A program made the translations under genes and the position numbers. A model generated the notes under the pieces. That model worked only from the letters and a program-made list of their open reading frames with translations, was not told the DNA's origin and did no database searches. From Macrostomum lignano (lineage: Eukaryota), in contig NIVC01001206.1 in the NCBI GenBank assembly GCA_002269645.1, positions 109,850-173,849 on the forward strand: 64,000 nucleotides of DNA, given 5' to 3'. Within the stretch, counting starts at the first letter, position 1, and the number at the start of each line of letters is the position of its first letter. Positions 61,213 through 64,000 of this stretch are shown here, one piece after another.

Positions 61213-62578
61213 CATGTATCTATCTATGGCATGCATAGGCTGTTCGATAATGCGTCTCTATTGATAAAAGCCAGCGGGAATCCCAGAGCATCGCTGCGGT
61301 ATTCAGAGCCACTCGAGCAGCACTCGCCCATCTCTCGCCCATTCCCCATTTCCAGTCGACTGCCTCCTGGGGGATATGGGAGCCGGCACAGCCGGTCTCT
61401 CTGAGCTCTGGGTAGGCAGTTTACTGAAAAAATCTCCATATTTTAGCAGTCGCAATTCGACAGGCTAAAAGCATGACAATTTGTTCAAAATAGCCCGGGG
61501 CTCTGGCCGCAGAAAATCCTTCCCAATCCCGGGTCTCATCGAGAGCATTAGACAGTATTGACAAGCTCTCACAGAGATATCCATCTGTACATGGACAAAG
61601 TCTGCCGAGCCCCTTGGTTAACCAGCAACACTGGGCCAATTATGAATTGAGCGAATAACTTGGACCTGCCCCTGGCACACCAGTCAATCAATCAGTCTGG
61701 GACTGGGCCTGTGTGTATACTGTCTGAGCCCTGTGTTTAGATCTATTCTAGCGAGTGGGCATTGCGGCCAGACTATTTCTCTATATGGCGAACTGTTTGC
61801 CTAGGCAGGGTCGGGCCCCGGCCCCTCCAGGCTTTCAGGCTCGTGTTTTTCTTTCTGTCATTCTTTCTCTCTCTCTCTCTCTCCGGTTCCCTTCTCGCCA
61901 AGACCCTAAGAAAGGCGAAAAGGAGGTTGGTTGGCTATCCACTGACAGGGACTTCTCGGACTAGAGATCTGGATAGGAAAACCAACGCTTACTAAATAGG
62001 TATCCGTCTAAGATACCTTTACGATCCGCGGTAAACTCTTGCGCCACAGACTCGCAGATACTCCAGTCCAGATATCGAGCTCCTAGACGTCCATGCCCTC
62101 CTAGCCTTGTCTTGCCAGTTAAAAGGATAGGATAAGCAATGGAATAGTGTCTAGAAGTCTGCCCCTTCGGGGGGGGGGGGCGGACCCACTCGGCGAAAGT
62201 CAACACTCTGCCCCGGCTCTAGGGGGGGGGGGGGTGAATTTGACAGGCTTTGATTGACACCTGCCAATCTAGCTTGTAGTCGCACTGGCGGACGTAAGCT
62301 CTGACCCCGCGGGCCATTCTCAGCTCAATTCATGGAGCAGCAAAGGAGGGTCAGTGGCAGACAGGCTGATTGCATAATTCTGTTGAGCTGAGTCAGGTTT
62401 TTAAAATAACTGAACCGAGACAAGTCAAGCAAGGCCCAGAGCTGGCAAATTTTGAATTCGTGTCTAAAATTGATAATTCACGAACCAGGTGGGGACGCAG
62501 GCACAGAAAAGTTCGTACAAGTTTTGTTTTTAAGTTGAACAACGTTGACGCATTTCACCAGACTTTAATCAGACTTCA

Positions 62579-62681
62579 CCTAACCCCAACCCTAACCCTA
62601 GCCCTAACCCTAACCCTAGCCCTAACCCTAACCCTAGCCCTAACCCTAACCCTAGCCCTAACCCTAACCCTAGCCCTAACC
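62579..62681 (-). repeat. Mirror interstitial telomere-like repeat (CCCTAA/CCCTAG)
   Basis: Five CCCTAG variants versus three CTAGGG in the left arm. Confidence 0.9.
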
Positions 62682-63224
62682 ATAAGATACGATTTCACTA
62701 AATAGACTAAATCCATTTGTAAAATTTCTAAACTTCCTAATTCTGATATAAGACGAATGCAAAAAAGACAAAATCCCCATTTAAACTACTGCAAGTAGGT
62801 TTAGCGAATATAGCTGGAGAATCTCAAAAACTGTGCCGGATATGCCGGCTGACTATAATTGGCATTGACAGCTAGTCACTGGCCGAACATGGAAATCCCT
62901 TCATTTTATTTCTCCCTTCCCAGCATGATTTGTTCCCCATCGCGTCTAAGCTGAAACCTCGCCATTCTCGTGGGGATTCCAGAAGTTTCCATAGCTGGTC
63001 AAGAACTAGGGAAGCCACGCAGCGGGGATGCGATGGGCGCTGTCAATCAACTTCACTTTCCTCCTTCGTGTCTGATGCATCCACAGAATCTGCTGTTTAT
63101 CTGAAATTCTCCATTGTTGGAATTTTCCCGATATTATTGCCAGATCAAACATCAAGTTAAAACCTTATCATAACTCATTCCAATTACAAAAGTTTGTTGT
63201 TAGTCTGAAACAAATCAATAATTT

Positions 63225-63863
63225 CAGGGACTTCTACGATATAGATTTACCATAGAATAGAAAAGAGGATCCTACCCCTAGGTCCTAAAATCCTCCGTTT
63301 TCTATTCTCCGCCCCTTCAACCCTCTGTTTTCCACTCTCCGCCCCTCCAATCCTCCGTTTTCTATTCTCCGCCCCTCCAATCCTCCGTTTTCTATTCTCC
63401 GCCCCTCCAATCCTCCGTTTTCTATTCTCCGCCCCTCCAATCCTCCGTTTTCTATTCTCCGCCCCTTCAATCCTCCGTTTTCTATTTTCCGCCCCTTCAA
63501 TCCTCCGTTTTCTACTCTCCGCCCCTTCAATCCTCTGTTTTCTACTCTCCGCCCCTTCAACCCTCCACCCTTTCAATCCTCTGCCCCTTCAACCCTCCAC
63601 CCTTTCAATCCTCTGCCCCTTCAACCCTCCGCCCCTTCAATCCTCTGCCCCTTCAACCCTCCACCCTTTCAATCCTCTGCCCCTTCAACCCTCCACCCTT
63701 TCAATCCTCTGCCCCTTCAACCCTCCACCCTTTCAATCCTCTGCCCCTTCAACCCTCCGACCCTTCAATCCTCTGCCCCTTCAACCCTCCGCCCCTTCAA
63801 TCCTCCGCTGCCCTTCTGCGGTCTTTTCTATTCTCTGGTAAGTTTATATCACAGAAGTCCCTG
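63225..63863. mobile_element. Mirror copy of the 42-bp-TIR element at 39558-40197
   Basis: Reverse complement of the left-arm element including the TSD. Confidence 0.8.
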
Positions 63864-64000
63864 ATAATTTTTAACAAGACCATCAACAAGAAGCTCAGAG
63901 ATCGCATTGTCTATGGCATTTCCATTTTCAGCCTTGCTCGAACGCACCGAGTTCAATGCAGTTTTCGCCAGGAAAGCGAATTGGGGTAAAACAGACGTCA

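Overview
Eukaryotic (animal) genomic DNA, not prokaryotic: GC-rich exons with GT-AG introns sit among many tandem arrays and transposon fragments. TTAGGG repeats, satellite-filled introns and the gene set suggest an invertebrate, possibly a Macrostomum-like flatworm (inference only). From left to right: (1) the 3' end of a Penelope-like retroelement (RT C-terminus, GIY-YIG endonuclease, minimal hammerhead ribozyme at 1456-1496); (2) two tRNA-headed SINE-like copies; (3) the 5' exons of a rhodopsin-family, aminergic-like GPCR on the minus strand; (4) a zone of micro/minisatellites plus an RTE-type LINE fragment; (5) a 9-exon secretin-family (class B1) GPCR on the plus strand (25447-34101); (6) a convergent 4-exon gene (39390-35845, minus) predicted to encode a 1001-aa protein of five degenerate cyclic-nucleotide-binding domains with no recognisable effector domain; (7) a near-perfect inverted duplication of at least 12 kb (39421-51794 mirrored by 52507-64000) centred on a 712-N gap, carrying two copies of a highly divergent Wnt that keeps the lipidation Ser but lacks the FxWCC Frizzled-contact fingertip. 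Several non-autonomous DNA transposons with TIRs/TSDs carry internal tandem expansions. All gene models were spliced and translated by eye; the long ORFs inside satellites are artefacts.
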